This document shows, piece by piece, positions 49,165-63,054 of a stretch of 64,000 nucleotides of DNA (positions within the stretch are counted from its first letter, which is position 1; each line of letters opens with the position of its first letter). The DNA is taken from NCBI GenBank assembly GCA_964036045.1, contig OZ038378.1, forward strand, positions 177,568,001-177,632,000. The letters are read 5' to 3'. The notes beneath the pieces were generated by a model. That model searched no databases. It was not told the DNA's origin and worked only from the letters and a program-made list of their open reading frames with translations. The position numbers and the translations under genes were made by a program. The stretch is from Eutreptiella sp. 'Long Island Sound 2002'. Its lineage: Eukaryota > Protista > Euglenida.

Positions 49165-49478
49165 CTTGAACATGACCATACTGTCGATGGAGCCCTCATG
49201 GCCCTCGCAGACTTTGATGCACTCCCCCTTTTTGTTCCAAATGCGAATCGTGTTGTCCTCGGACCCGCTCCATACGTTGTTGTTCACCACCAACAGCGTC
49301 TTGATCTCGTCTGTGTGCGAGCTCAGCGTCGCGAAGCACACGGCCGCAGGGGTCACGAAGCTCAGCAGTGTGTCGAAGACCTCGCCCTTCTTGTACCCTG
49401 GGAACGGCAGCCCCATGCGCTGCGCCACGAGCATACAAGTCTTGATGTTGGCTTTGGTGCCGGAGGAGAAAAGACGGT
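49165..49478 (-). CDS. WD40-repeat gene exon containing the first WD repeats
   Basis: gtacaag| (phase 1) to AAG|gtcctg; RLFSSGTKANIKTC...SHTDEIKTL...VWSGSEDNTIRIWNKKGECIKVCEGHEGSIDSMVMFK. The acceptor choice is inferred from phase. Confidence 0.85.
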
Positions 49479-50399
49479 CTTGTACGTCAACCATTGCAAG
49501 ATACCGAGGGAGACAAGGGTCACACGCCGGTCATGTGTGTGCTGCTAGTGACGATCAGTCTTGGCAAACCAAAGGAGAACTCTGCAAGTGGCGTAGGGTA
49601 TGCGCTGGAGCACGCCGCATGCACCAGCGCGTCTTGACATATGAGGCCACCACACGCAGTGCACAGGGCATCTGCAAACCGGTGCACCCCTCCGAGGGTG
49701 CAAGGTCAATACGTCGGATGCTGAGGTAAAACACCCTTTCAGGGAGGCCGTCTGCTTTCAGGGAGGCCGTCTGGCCAACGGGCACAGCAAAACCAACTCA
49801 GGCCCTGACGCATAATGCAGGCAAACCACTCGCGACGCGCTCTTTGACATATCAGTGGTCGGAGTTTGTCTACCACCACAATACCCAGCGCCGTTGGGAT
49901 TCGGTTGAGTGGAGCAGGGCGCCAAACATCATCAAGCTTCGTTACCGAAAGAGCTGATGGCAACATCTGTACCAAAGGGGGAGGGGGTCCTTGGATCTTC
50001 AGTGGATACAAAACTGAGAGCTATCATAGCCTGGGGCTGAGTCGCTATTCAAGGAAGCCAGATCCTCCTCAATGAGAATAGAATGCAGAGTGTTGGTGGT
50101 GAGAAGTTGCGTTGCCAGCAGAAGACGCGATGGAACACCAAAAGCCGGTGACCTCTTTCGTAATGGAGACTCATTCAGGCAGAAAACCACAAAATTTATC
50201 GGAAAGAACCCATGCTGCTGCTGGGAGTCACTGTAAACGGAACTGAATATCCCACCCTTGTCTTATCCCTCCCTCTTATCTTCGTAGCCAGGTGACAGAC
50301 CCCTCCCCCACACACCCCAGAGGGACGGTGCCATCACCGTACATAAAAATTGATATGCATGTTACCGATTTTTGATGATCAGCAAGGTCCCCCCCCCCC

Positions 50400-51900
50400 C
50401 CCCCGAGGCCAAAGATCAGAGTCAACACAGCAAATACTCAGAGTACAGGAGGGCCCCTGTATGACTGAGCAGCAAGGGGCTCCTGGTCCCAGGTGGCTTA
50501 AACCCCCTCCCCACTTCATGTTAAAGTTAACAAAAGCTGAGCTGGTTGGTCGGGGCGTTGAACTGTTAAAAAAGACGGGGGGGTTAACAAAATGTATCGG
50601 TTTGACATGTGTTGCAGATTTGCTTATTTGTTTCATTGTTCATCTGTGCGCATGGCCAGCTCAAGTGATCAAGTGCAGCCACAGCAGCAAGAAATTCATC
50701 AAATGATGGGCCAATTGGTGTTTGCTGATGAAACTGGTGATAGTGTCGCTCCCAAATGTGTTGCTGCACCGTACACCCCACATATCCCCTTTTTTGGGGC
50801 CTATTCGTGTCGCGTACTCCAAGGGGTTCAACTCATGGGGAAAACCCCCGTAAGATCCTGATTTTGTCCAATAAAATATTCCCTAGTGACTTTTTGGTTG
50901 GGACCCTCCCCCCTCATGAAACCCTTTTTCGAGGGGGGGGGGGGGGGTTGGAGGGGTAGCGAATGAAACAAAGGGATATGCAGCTACCGATTGCCCCCGT
51001 GTCACAGGCAAAGCGGTCATCACCCGAGCAGGCAATTTAGGTGGAGGAGGGGGGGGGGGGGGCAGGGAACAATGACCCTCCTTTGCTTGGGTCACAGATC
51101 ATGAATTTTTTTGGGCTTTCAATTTCGAGCCAGTGAATTGTTTTTGGGTCCCACCTCCATGGGGCTTGGTGAGGCAGAGTGGGATGAGCACTCATGCAGT
51201 TTATGCAATTGTCAACCCTCAGGGGGCATTCGATGGTGCACCCTTTGGATCGCCAGAATTGGCTCCTTCCAGCCCCCCCTGGACCGTGGCTCCATCCAGT
51301 TTTTGGAGAGCCTGCCACTCACATTCACCATCCACCATTACCAGGAAAATGTTCCTCATGGATAGCTTCCGGTACGGATTGGCGGTCATGTTGCAACTTA
51401 CTCAGGCCATGACCCTCTTGTGGAACTCCTTGGGTAGTGTATGACACTGTAAACTGCTGATGGCAATGGTGGACTCCGATCGGCTATGCAAGCTGAGAGA
51501 GCTCCCAGCAAGCAGTCCCCCAGCCTGTATGTTGTATGTACTTACCACCTGAACCACCACCTGCACCCACTGGGTTTTCAACCTAAGAACCAAAATGGAG
51601 CCTGACCTGGGTGGGCCGAGTGGAGCCAGCCAAAGCATGCCTAAATCAGGAATGACCTCTGACCAGGATGCACGCCTGTAGGAGCATCTTGGCAGGGTAG
51701 TATCTCCACGGGCTCTCTCGAAGGATCTCCACTGACGGAGATGCACATCGTCGCCGCTGTGCTCGAGCTTCACAGCCTTCCATCGCTTTCTGGTGACCTG
51801 CGGAGCGTCCATTTGGCGCAGCCACCTCTTGGCACCGCGAACTTGGTGACTTCCCTGTCTTTCACGACTTTCATCCACAGCTTAGACAGGGGGCAGTCAT
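50400..51900 (-). pseudogene. Highly degraded non-LTR retrotransposon remnant (possible AP-endonuclease and RT pieces)
   Basis: ILVLRLKTQ...VQVVSTY resembles EEP strands and AFVNFNMK resembles the RT FxDFxKAFD motif; there are many stops. Confidence 0.3.
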
Positions 51901-54900
51901 GCACTCCCGGAAGTGCCACTGGAAAGGTCAGTGAAGCTTTTTTTCCCCAAACAGCACGAGTTTCGGTTCAAAACTTTCACAACATACTTCGTCGGCGTGG
52001 GTGCACAGTGCACGCACGGTGCACACCGTTTTGGGAAATTACACAGCTTTCACCCCCCCCAAACAGACCCTCACGTTACCCGGACAGCATTTCCTGATGG
52101 GCATGGTTGTTGTTATTTCCTGATGGGCCCCCGATGGATGAATGTGGAAATTGAGGCGGTGCAGTGCAGCAGCATCATGAATCACCACCTTCGCATTCAC
52201 CTCATATTGTATGCGCAGGTAATCACCAAGGCGCTGCCGGGGGCCAGAATAGTAGCAAGAACCCGCTCATTTGCGCTGCTACGGTTGTAGAAGACAGGGG
52301 AACTAGTTCGAGCCCAAGACAATGACATTGTGTTGCTGAGCTATAGACCAAGGGATAAATGTACAATGCAGGGCATTTAGGTGAAATGGGGTACCAGCTC
52401 AGCAACACAGCACCTCACGGGGCAACAACAAAACAAAACAATGGCGTCACATAAATTATCTAAATCAAAAAGATGTACGGTGTGCACGGCACGCTCCCTC
52501 TTCTAAAGAAATTGAAATCTTTGATGGTGCAATTATCTTGAACGTTTGATATCGCTGGTTGCTATTGTGAGGCACCTGTTCAATACACATCAAGAGTTTG
52601 TGGCTTGGACGCCCAAAACATTGCAACATGGGCAAGGGAAGCAGACTGGGAGGGGAGCCCAACCATGAAACGTGGATTTTCTTGATGCCATTCGGACCAA
52701 ACGATTCAATGGCCCGGAGGAGCCCCCCTTGTGCGGCATCAAAGAAATATACACCTAGCCCAATTTACGAGGGATTTGCCGTCACTTATCATGCTCCTCC
52801 TTTTGTGTGCAGCTATGGCCTTTGCTTCCTTGTTGTGCCATTGATGAGTCCTGCGCGTGCTTTGCAGACCCAGTCACGGAGAGGGGATCGCTTTATGAGC
52901 TTCCGACTGGTCTGGTCTGGGGAAGGTGAGTGGAGATGCCGCTTCACGCCAAGCTGCTTTTGAAGGTCCTCTCTTTGTGTGTCTTTAGAATCAGCTTGCT
53001 CTCCTCTCCTTCCCCTTGCATATTTGTTGGTGGGAACACCGAGAGTAAAATGAGATGATGGAGCAATCTTGAATTCTCGGCCTGAAACAAAGCCCCTAGG
53101 TAAAGTGGAGGGTGCACAGGCAGAGAATGACATCCTGGGTCGCATACACACAAATATAGGAACGTTGTTGTTAACTGGCTGTATTTTTCTTGGAATGGCG
53201 GAGATACAACAATTGATCAAAGAGCACAAGCAAGAGTCCACAAGATTGAAAACAGTGCCGCTTTGTGGTGTTGACTAATGTGATGTGAGCTGACAATTCA
53301 ACTGCACATGAAATTGGGAAAGTGGCGGTGGGGTAAGGAGGTCAAAGTCCTTGTGCCACTGTGTGTGCTTATTCCACGTCGCTAACTCATCAATGAGGAG
53401 CCATAGAAGGAAAGACTAACCAAAGAAACAAAAGCATTCACCACTTTCCACATCGTGCTCGTGTTAGAGCCCACTGAGTGTTTGTTCCCATATGAGTTTT
53501 TTCGCGTAACCACTTGTAGGACTCACAAGTGACATGTGTGTCCCCCCAACATGAAGGTTTTCTGCGGTGCCCCAAACCTCCCCCCTGAGGTCACATTTGG
53601 CTGCGCTCAACGCGCAAGTGCTGCCTCTTGTGGTGCAAGTTATTTTGAGGTCAAGGGTTTGTATTGACAAAGGGACAAGTGAGCATTTGGGTGCGAATTG
53701 ATGAGTGGTGCACCATTCTTGGTCGAGTCCTGATCCCCTCCGGATCACCCTTGATCACCTCCTAAGCACTTCTGATCACCTCCTGATCCCATCCATCCCA
53801 ATCCCCTTTGATCGCCTCCCAATCAACTCTGTATCACCCCCAATCACAGCAGAAGCATATGGGGGATCTGTTTCCAGAACGTTTATTGTAAGCCTCCCGC
53901 CGCCCTGCCCCTGCCCATCGTTGCACTGTCTAATCCAGGGAGTCATGGGGGATCACTGGAAAAGGCCGTCGATTTATGCAGAGGCAAACTGCACTGTGCT
54001 CCTAAGGGGGAGGAGAGGGGGCTATCATGGGAGAAATCGGTCATTGGGCAGCAGCTAGAGGGCCTTGTGGCAGGTTTGTAATACACAACTTGGGCTGGGC
54101 GTCCCCTCGATGGCCTCCTGCCCAAGCACACCTCAAGTAATAGGAAAACGGTAAGGGATCCTGCGCTTAAACACCTTACGCACGACAGACAAACATTCAC
54201 CACAGGTCAACAGCTGCATGTGGACTCCATTCACCATCCACTTGTGCAGACACGGGCTTATGAGCAAAAACAATTCTGAGATGCATGACCCAGCCCCCTT
54301 TTCCTTCCCCCCAAGGGTCCTACTAAGGGCTCGCATCCGTGGCATCTAACATCGGGAAACAACGGTCAAACGGGGTCCTCCTGCTGTAGACAACGCCGTG
54401 CTTGCGCAAACTACCAGGGCCGAGGCTAGGGCCCTGGTTCGGATTGGGGCTTCGGACGAGGGTTGAGGTTAGTGCGGTGGTTAGGTCCAGGATAAGGCAA
54501 GGCTAAAGCTGGAGTTGGTGCTTGGGTTAGGGCTTGGGCTGGAAGTTATTGCTGGGGCTCGATCTCGGACCAGCACTCAGGCTAGTGCCAGGATTCGGTA
54601 TCAGACCAGGGCTCATGCTATGGTTGGGGCTAGAAGTTGGGCTTGAACAAATAAAAGGCAGCACCACAGATCACAATCGCCCCAATCAGATAATACTCAA
54701 TGCCATGGAATAGACTCTGAATGAATGTTTGTGAGGGACGGGTTGGCGCATTACACATCTGCAGAGGCTCCTTGATCAGGGCCCTGCATAAGAGGTCTCT
54801 GACATGCTTTGTCGTGCAGGGGGTGGATGATGGATACCTACAGGGATGGGGTGGGGGGGGGGGGTTTGCAAAAGGAATTTTTTTGTTGTGAGAAAATTTC

Positions 54901-56033
54901 GCATTTAAATTTTGTGCGCAACTTCCCACACAATTTTTAGACCGCTGTGCGAAATGAATGCATGTCAAAATTTAGCAACATAGCTCAGCATTTGTTTATG
55001 CATATGGCATTCTGTGGGTGCAGTGCAATGCTGGAACATCCTGGAAATGAGCAGTGTGCTGCAACATGCTGGAGGTTAACAGTTTGTTTTCCTTGTGTAC
55101 CCAATTGCAATCCCTCTGGCTTGAACCCCAAAGTGTTGGGGCATTCAGACTACCATCTTGTGCATGGATGACGCTGTGTTCGTACACTGCAAACAAAAAA
55201 AAAGAAAAAACAAAACAGGGTCCAAAACAGAATGTGGACTCATTACTGCGGCTTGCAAGTCTCACCAATGCCACACTGCCCCTTACAAGCCTTCACAACC
55301 ATCAACAACCCTCCATCATCCCAAACCACGCTCAACTTCAGTCCAAGCTTCCCGTGTCTTTGACTAGAAGCACACAGTGGTCACAGGTGAGAGAACCCTC
55401 CACTTGCAAATGCCACATCGAAGGGGCACAACCGTTTGCACTGATAGACTGATATCCGCACCAGTGGCCCAGCAATGGCACATCATGCCCTATGCAGACC
55501 ACAACAAAGCACTGCGATCAGTGCATGTCCCCGACCCCCTTGTTCATCACATGGGCAAAATGGTTAGCCAAGCCCCAAATTGCGGTCCAACAGAATCTCT
55601 GTCTTTGGAGAAGCCTGTTGCTGCATGTCACGCACGCACACGCGAGGGCGGGGGCTACTGCAGGCAGTCCTAGCCAACGACTAGGGGCAGCTCAGGTCAG
55701 GATAATGGCAAGGCACAGTGCTTGAATAAGGATAAATGGGGAAAGGGCGGGCCCACACAAGCAGGTCCGTTGGCACTCGTCCGACGTTCCTCAGCAATGG
55801 AAAGGACTGAAGGGGGTGGCAGGGCGTGGGGTGCTGATATCTGCCCTTGCACAGTGCCATGAGTGGCCAATGGGTTCTGCACCTCCTACGACTGCATGGA
55901 TTCACAACAGATGGAGGCGATAGATAGCATGTGAACTGATGCAGTGGGATAGAGGGGGCGGCACTAAACAGTATCTGAATTTGGGTCTCAGACGTGTTCC
56001 GGTGTTTGACCTCCTGTCAAAAGCTCTGCATAC

Positions 56034-56147
56034 ATGCCTCCTCTTCTGCAAGCTCTACGGAGACAACATCGGCCAGCACCAGCAGCACCGATCGTAGTCT
56101 CCACAGGTTGCCAGTAATTGCCAGAGGACACCACGCAGCAGGCTGCC
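56034..56147 (-). CDS. Probable small exon of the WD40 gene; 5' boundary ambiguous (56142 or 56147)
   Basis: Ends VLLVLADVVSVELAEEEA with donor T|gtatgc (phase 1), which matches the 49478 acceptor. Confidence 0.6.
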
Positions 56148-56286
56148 CTAAGTGGAGGGGAGGGGGGCTGCTGAGGGTGCCAGGGTGCAATGATCCCCAG
56201 TGCTAAACGCCGTGCTGGTGTACTTGTCGCCGCGGAGGAGACACTCCCCCATACGCAGGCCTTTCACTGCACACCAGAGAGTACAC

Positions 56287-56463
56287 CTGCTCCTCTTCAG
56301 CCTGTGCCTCCTGAAGAATGCCCTGCAGGCCTTTGCTGTGCTCCTGGTCCCCCTCGGGCAGGTACAACGCTAGCAGCTGCTGGGCCCGCTCGGTGCCCTT
56401 CAGAACGCAGAGAAGGTGTACCACTTGCTCCAAAGGACTGAACTCAGCTTGCCAGGGCTCATC
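56287..56463 (-). CDS. WD40 gene N-terminal-region exon
   Basis: ctgctcgcctcag| to CAG|gtgtac; 59 codons, DEPWQAEFSPLEQVVHLLCVLKG...AEEEQ; phase 0/0. Confidence 0.8.
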
Positions 56464-57621
56464 CTGAGGCGAGCAGAAGGGCACAGCCGCATCGAAGGGG
56501 GTCCAACCACCGGAGCCAGCCAACGTAAAGCACAACGTTCGACGCGACATTTTGCATCGGGGGTATTATTGATGCATGTAATCGATGTAATGAATTGCTT
56601 TGCCTCGCGGCGTTGAAAGGCGGACAGCCACCAGGATCTCGTGGCTGTCCCTGCTGCATGCGGTGTCCACATGCACTTGGGTTAGGCGTGCCCACAACCA
56701 CGCGTTGGTGACATTTGAAGCACACCCTCGGAAACCCCCCTTGCTGGAGTTGCTGAGTGATGCACCCTCAATGGATGATTCCCACTGACTGCTTCAAATA
56801 CCGGGAGGTTACCGGCCTAATTCTTTCGTTCACCCAGCACCAACCGCTGGTCAACCGCCAACGACCGTCGCTTATTTTCCAAGGGCTGTCGGTTGACCAG
56901 TTAACCGTCACCGATTAGCCATCTGCTGTCCACTAAGTGCCACCAAGGAGTGATGGATAATTTTCATGCACTCGGGGAATATCTTTGGACACAAAAATGA
57001 CGGAATGATGGCGGAGCCATACAATGCAGGTGGCTCATGGGGTGGGCCTGTTGCACTGAAGCATGGCCCAAAAAGAAACACTAAACACTAACATCACATT
57101 CACTGCACATCCACACATCCACATGCACACAACGAACGAGAATGGCGAGGAATCAATAGAGGGCTTCCAACCCATCGAGAGAGAACCATAGCACAACCGA
57201 GTGTCCTTGCACACTTCTTTGCCGTGGCCATGAAACAACACATCCGTATAACTGCCATGCTCTGCAGCAGGCATTCCTCGTCCATATCACCTTTTCACCC
57301 GCGACCATGTGCAAAGCTCTAGTTGGGTCAATGGATTGTCCATATGTCTTTTCCCTTGTCCCACCATGAGGACTCGGCATATTCGGCACTAAATCGCGAT
57401 GGGAGAGAGTTGAGTCCTACCTTAGAAGCACATAAGCTGGCCACAAGAGGCTCCATCATTGCGGGCGGAACATTCTCAGAGAGATTACCCGGACTCCGAA
57501 TGCATCAGCCATCCGCCAGCTGATTGAGCTTACTGAATCCCCAGCACATGCAGTGATATGCTGGGGGCTGCTGGAACCATCCACCAGACACCAGCCCATC
57601 CCAGCGCCCCCATGCGCATAC

Positions 57622-57870
57622 CGAGATTTCGGGGTCCTCTTCGCTGTAGTACTCCTCCAAAGTGGTGACCTCCATGGGGCTTTCCTCACGGGACACATCA
57701 GGTGACGCCGATTGCCGCATGAACGGCCCAGCACCAGACTGCCCCGATGTGTGGGAGGGTGTCAATGGTGAGGGGGGTGGCAGCAGAGACTCTGCAAAGG
57801 CCGAGGGGTTCGTGGTCAGCTGCAGAGCTGCGCGCAGCAGGAGGCACCACGTCTCATCGTCGTTGTCTTC
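57622..57870 (-). CDS. WD40 gene N-terminal-region exon
   Basis: gccttgcag| to TCG|gtatgc; 83 codons, EDNDDETWCLLLRAALQL...YYSEEDPEIS; phase 0/0. Confidence 0.75.
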
Positions 57871-58306
57871 CTGCAAGGCGCACGATGCCGTGTGGACTGG
57901 GGATGGCGCCATCAGCGCAGGAATTGGTGGAGGGTGGAGGGCATCTATAAAATTGCGAACCTGCTGCGCTCGTTTACGCGCTGGCGAGGGCACATTTGCT
58001 TGCTTACTCATACCACCAACAACGGGAATGAATAAGTGGGTGCATGCTTGATACTTGTAGGGGGGTGGGTGCATCTTTGATAGCAGCACCATCTATCTAT
58101 CTATCTTTCTCTCTCGGGGACATTCGCCACATGCCAACGCGGAGCAAATTCAGACTTTTTCAGGGCTTTCTCAATTTTCCGTCTGATGCACCAAAAGTTC
58201 GTTCCGTAGGGCGGGGGGTATGTGTGTACTTTTTTGAATCGATGAGAAAAGGCCATTTCAGAAATGTATGGGTTGCAGGGGGGGGAGGGGAGGGTAGGCA
58301 GTCGCA

Positions 58307-61300
58307 CAAGCCTTAAATAAACAGTGGCGTAAGGCCATTTGACCAGTGACCAGCTCCTTGTATATTTTGCTGTAAATTTTTGTTTTTTCCCCAACTTTTT
58401 CAACAAAATGTTTGCAAAATTTTTTGATGATTCTTGTGTCCCCTGTTAGGATCCTTCCATGGCAAAATCATTGGAAACATTTTTTTGCATGCCATAGGTG
58501 CTATTCATCACCGTATATTCTCTGCAGATATGCTTTGAGTGTTTATTTCTGCTTCTTTTTTGCCATCACTGTTTTGTTCTGCGAAAACTTTGATGGTATG
58601 TAAATTTTGTTGTGATAGTTGTGATGTTTGCATGTTGCTGTTTATTTTTGTGACATTTTCCAGAGATCCTGCATATTTTTGGGATGCCACGGTTCATGCT
58701 CTATTGTGTTTACATGTTGTTTTTTTTTCCGATACCGTTGTTCATGCTTTGCTGTTGTCCGCATGTTGTTGTTTGTTTTTTTTTGTCACCACTGCCTTGT
58801 ATATTTTTCTGATGCCACGGCGTATTGCTCCCGCTGCACTCTTCACTGCTACCCACAGTTGCACCCACATCCCAAGCCATGAAAGTGATGCACAACAACA
58901 CATTGAACTCTTTGCTTAAAGAAATGTGAAGACGGCCTGAGACGTAAATTCAGAGCGCCCACTGCTGTTGTGCCGGAGAAAACCGTAAAATCGGGTGTTG
59001 GAACCTTCACGCAACACCAAAGCATCATTGAATTGGCGCCACTCCTCCCCCTCCCACTTGACAATTCTGTCAAGCTCTGCAATGCATGCTTCCACATTGT
59101 GATCTTGCAGTGCGACACACCTCTTTGTAATCTGAAATGCTTGAGATATCAGGGCCCAAGCATTCAGAACGTCAAGCATAAAAAATAGAGCGCAAAGGAA
59201 AACCTCATTTGTGAGTGCAAGCAACAAAGCATCTCTCTATTCCCTAGCTGCGGTCCTACTTACGACCACCTCACGTAAACCAATCACCACGATTACATAG
59301 GATCGCTTCATGCGGTGCAAGGCATCAGCTGCAAAGGCACACCACCGACGTGTGTGTAGAACACCTAATTTTAGACATGCTGAGTCAAGAGCCTGCGCTA
59401 CAGCTTGCAAACATTTCAGCCTGGAGGGTGAATTATTCCAAAAAGAAGCAGCAGACTGCAATGTGTCTGCGAGAAGATCCAAAAATGCATGCTCACATGT
59501 AAGGGCGGCTTTAAAAGCCAAGTCACACTTGTGGCAGGATGCGTGGTATGGAACAAGCACATCATAACCTGCAACTTCTTGCTGCAGTTCGCTCAGAATG
59601 CGGATGATACCACCGGGCTCACCTTGCACCATCCCCGCAATAGAAAAATAGCTTTCGGATCCAATCTTCTAAAACAACCCCAGCATGGGCCATACTGCGC
59701 TTTAGTGCGGTGACAATACCCTGAGCTGTCCCGGATGGGAGGGATTGACATGAGAAAAAATTGGTAATCATCGCAGCATCCACCACAGTACGAATAAAAA
59801 AAAAGCTCTTCTTTGATGTCCGATCAGTGCAAGAGTCCGATGCAATGGAAAAAAATTCACAATTCTTCACGATGCCACCATGTGAGGCGCGGAATGGCTG
59901 GGCGATGAAGCGTAGTATTTCCCTTCCGGAGAGGGGGGGGGGGGGTGATAACTCGGGATAATTGTCCCACCGTTGAGCGGCATCAGCTCGGCATCCCCCG
60001 TAAGATGTGTAAGGGGACCAAAGCGTTGCACAATCTTATAAACAGTACGGAATAGTGCCAAGATGCCTTGTAGCACGTGGGTAGGCAGCTCTGAATCACA
60101 GACGTGACACCACCACCCGATTGCCACAAGGCGACGGACACACAGTGTGTGCCCGACTGTTGATGCTGCTGGACGGTCCACACCCTGAAATTGGATGTTC
60201 CTTGCACAAACGGAACGGGGTGCCCAAGTTGTGGATACGCGCGACAAGCGGCACACCACATGAGCACGCACACGGCATCGTACTGCAGCCACGGGCGAGT
60301 CGGAAGCCACGCGTGGTTGAACTTTCGCGCTTTAGGCGCACGCTCACGCGGTGGATTCCTCTCCGCGCAGCGGGTACAAATGCCATCGGTGGTGCAATCC
60401 GGATGCATGCGAAAGTGACACCCGTGACATTCAACGGTGTGGGAGGGTAACTCGTTGCCACATGCGCGACAAGTGCATGAGAAACAGTGAACTGTGGATC
60501 CCACAACCTGCATGCACGCCTCATCAACCACCTGCAAACACCTATTGCAGGTGTATTTGGTGCCGCAAATGTTTATGCCGCAACACGCACACCGCACGGC
60601 AGCCAAAAAAAATGGCGTGAGGGGTTGGGGACGGGCTGCCAATTGCAATGGCGTTGGCGATGGTGATGGAGCAGCCACCACAGGGTTGACCAGGGATGGG
60701 TTCTCCATGGTGAACGCCCAACCATCACGCGTGGCATTGGACTTGGCAGCCCGAGTAACCTGGGTGTGCTGGAGCTTCTTCAAGGAACCACCCGCTGGCG
60801 AATACAAGTGGCGAAGAGCGGCAGCAACACTCGGGAAGTGCATCCAAGTAGCACCTTCGGGTGCAACTGGGCCGAGTGGACGCATCCATAGATCACCACC
60901 CATCCCGAGGACTGGGATAGGAAAAGGGGTCTGAAAGGCACCCAGGATAAGAAGAGAGGGGGAAATTGTGAGTTGCACAACCAAGGGGCGTACAACCTTC
61001 CATAGACAATGCGCGGAGCACCAAGGAACATCCTTAGACAACGGTGGTTGCTAAAATCCAACGGTGACAAGGCGTATACAAAGAACTATTGTGCTCACCA
61101 ATGCTGGACGGAATGGACAGGAAAAAACAACACGAACACCTACCCAAAAAAGCAAGAAACACACAAAATGCACAACAAGGCAGCCCAAAAACTTCACCAA
61201 GCAATGCAGGAATATGAAAAAACACAAATATACATCAATATACATCCATATACAATGGTGGGTGCCCAAAATCCGGCGTTTTCAGAAAATATACATAAAT

Positions 61301-61364
61301 ATACATAAATATACGTATATTTTTGATTTGACCACTGGCACGACCAGCATTTAATTAAAGCTTG
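58307..61364 (-). mobile_element. hAT element copy 2 (3058 bp) encoding a frameshifted ZNF862/C17orf113-type transposase, in an intron of the WD40 gene
   Basis: TIRs CAAGCCTTAAATAA and TTAATTAAAGCTTG; perfect TSD CAGTCGCA (58299-58306, 61365-61372). Motifs: TTF finger RKFNHAWL..RPWLQYD...MWCAAC; FFSIASDSCTD; FYCGDGA; HASCHKCDLA; TRRWC; FMLDVL. No hATC dimerisation domain recognised. Confidence 0.93.
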
Positions 61365-63054
61365 CAGTCGCATTTTTTAGCACCACGGCTGCAAAGTGGA
61401 CGCGGCACACAAACATGCACTGAACATTTCACACGCATTTATTCCAAATCGTCGTCTTTTTTTTTGCCATTTTCAGGCAGGGCTGGGACCCCATTTGGGC
61501 AGACATCACCATGCTTATTGTTGGGCACATATTTTTTCAGATTTTGCCAATCCTGCAGCCTGCGGCTTTTCACCGGTACCAGGCGGCCTCAGAAGCGGAT
61601 AGAATCTGGTGTTCCGTGTGGTCGCATGCAGGTAGGTGCGGACTGCCTGCGCGAGGCCTTTTTGCGGTGCTATGGGTCTTCAGGCGACTAACCCGCACCC
61701 AGGTAGCACCCCCAGAGCGTGCTCTTTTGCGAACTAAAGGTTTCTGCGGTGCATCTGAGGATGCAACAGCACGTTGCGTGAATTTGTATGTGGACATGGT
61801 AGCTGCCTGTTGACAAATACAGGCAGCAAGCAACACAGGCACCGTCCAAAAAGGACAAAAATCTCGGACATACCGTCAGCACAACATGCAGACCCAGGTG
61901 TTCCAAATAGCCTTTTCAAGGGCTTTCCGAGTATACCCCCCCCTTATGGTACACACATTGGGCAGAAATGAGGCAACAATAACACCTATCACTGAAAATG
62001 CTCCGTGTTGGCATATTCTTGGCCGTCCCCGAAATATATATAAATATAGGAGCTGCAGCCGAAGATGTGGCCGCGGATGAGATAGAGGAAAATGAGGATG
62101 CTCCTCAGATGGACCTCAAGAAGCCAATAGTCAATCAGCGACTACTGCTGGTGCTACCGGGAGACTGCACTCCATTGACCGTCAACCGCCGTTCATTGTC
62201 CTGCAGCTCGATGACCATCCGTCATCGGCGAACAGCGGTGCCCAACGTGTGACTGCTAAGAGACCACCCACAGAAAGCGGTGGGGAAAACACTTGCAATC
62301 AGGAAAGCAGGTGCGACACTGGAAAGGCCAGCAGCTGGGGAAATGGCTGGGAAAGCGGTTGGGAAAACATTCGGCACACGGTGTGGGAAAATGGTCGGAT
62401 GAGTGGTTGCGACAGCGGGTGGGAACACACTGGAACGCGGTATGGACCAGGCCATTAATTAACAACGGCCCCCCCAACGGAGCGAAGACAACGCTTACCG
62501 GCGCACCCCAGGACTTGCACTGTTCTCCCCAAGTCTGGGAGACTGTTTCCAAACGTCGAAAATCTGACAAACAGAAGATCGGCAGTCTTTCCCACCCACC
62601 CAGGCGGCCCCGCCATGCCACAGGTATCACTTTTGCTTGGAGAGGTGCTTCCCCCTGGTGCCTCTTCACCAGCTGACCTTCTCAGTTGGGGAACGAGGCC
62701 GGAGGGGGTGTGTTGGGTTGGGGGGAGGGGGGCGCGATTGGGCCCGATGTCAACCCCGGTGTTCTACCCACCCACCCGCCCACCAGGCACCCACCCACCA
62801 GGGGGTGGTGGGGGGGGGGGGGTCACGCACGGGCAATGGACCATCGAGCCTACAACCGCTATGACACAACACAACACGACACAACACAATGGCTGACCGC
62901 TTCCCGGCGATCATCGTTCAGTGGGAAAGCAGTCAGGAACTTGGTTGGAGGATCGGTTGCAAATGAGACGGGGACACGGGGTACGGCAGGGCAAGCCCAG
63001 CACTTCCCCTGAAGAGCTGGTTCTCTGAAGCAGAGCGGAGGGCGGTGCCCATAC

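Noticed and set aside
50781-50980. Short inverted repeat CATATCCC...GGGATATG as a MITE
   Set aside because: No TSD could be found and the TIR is too short to call.
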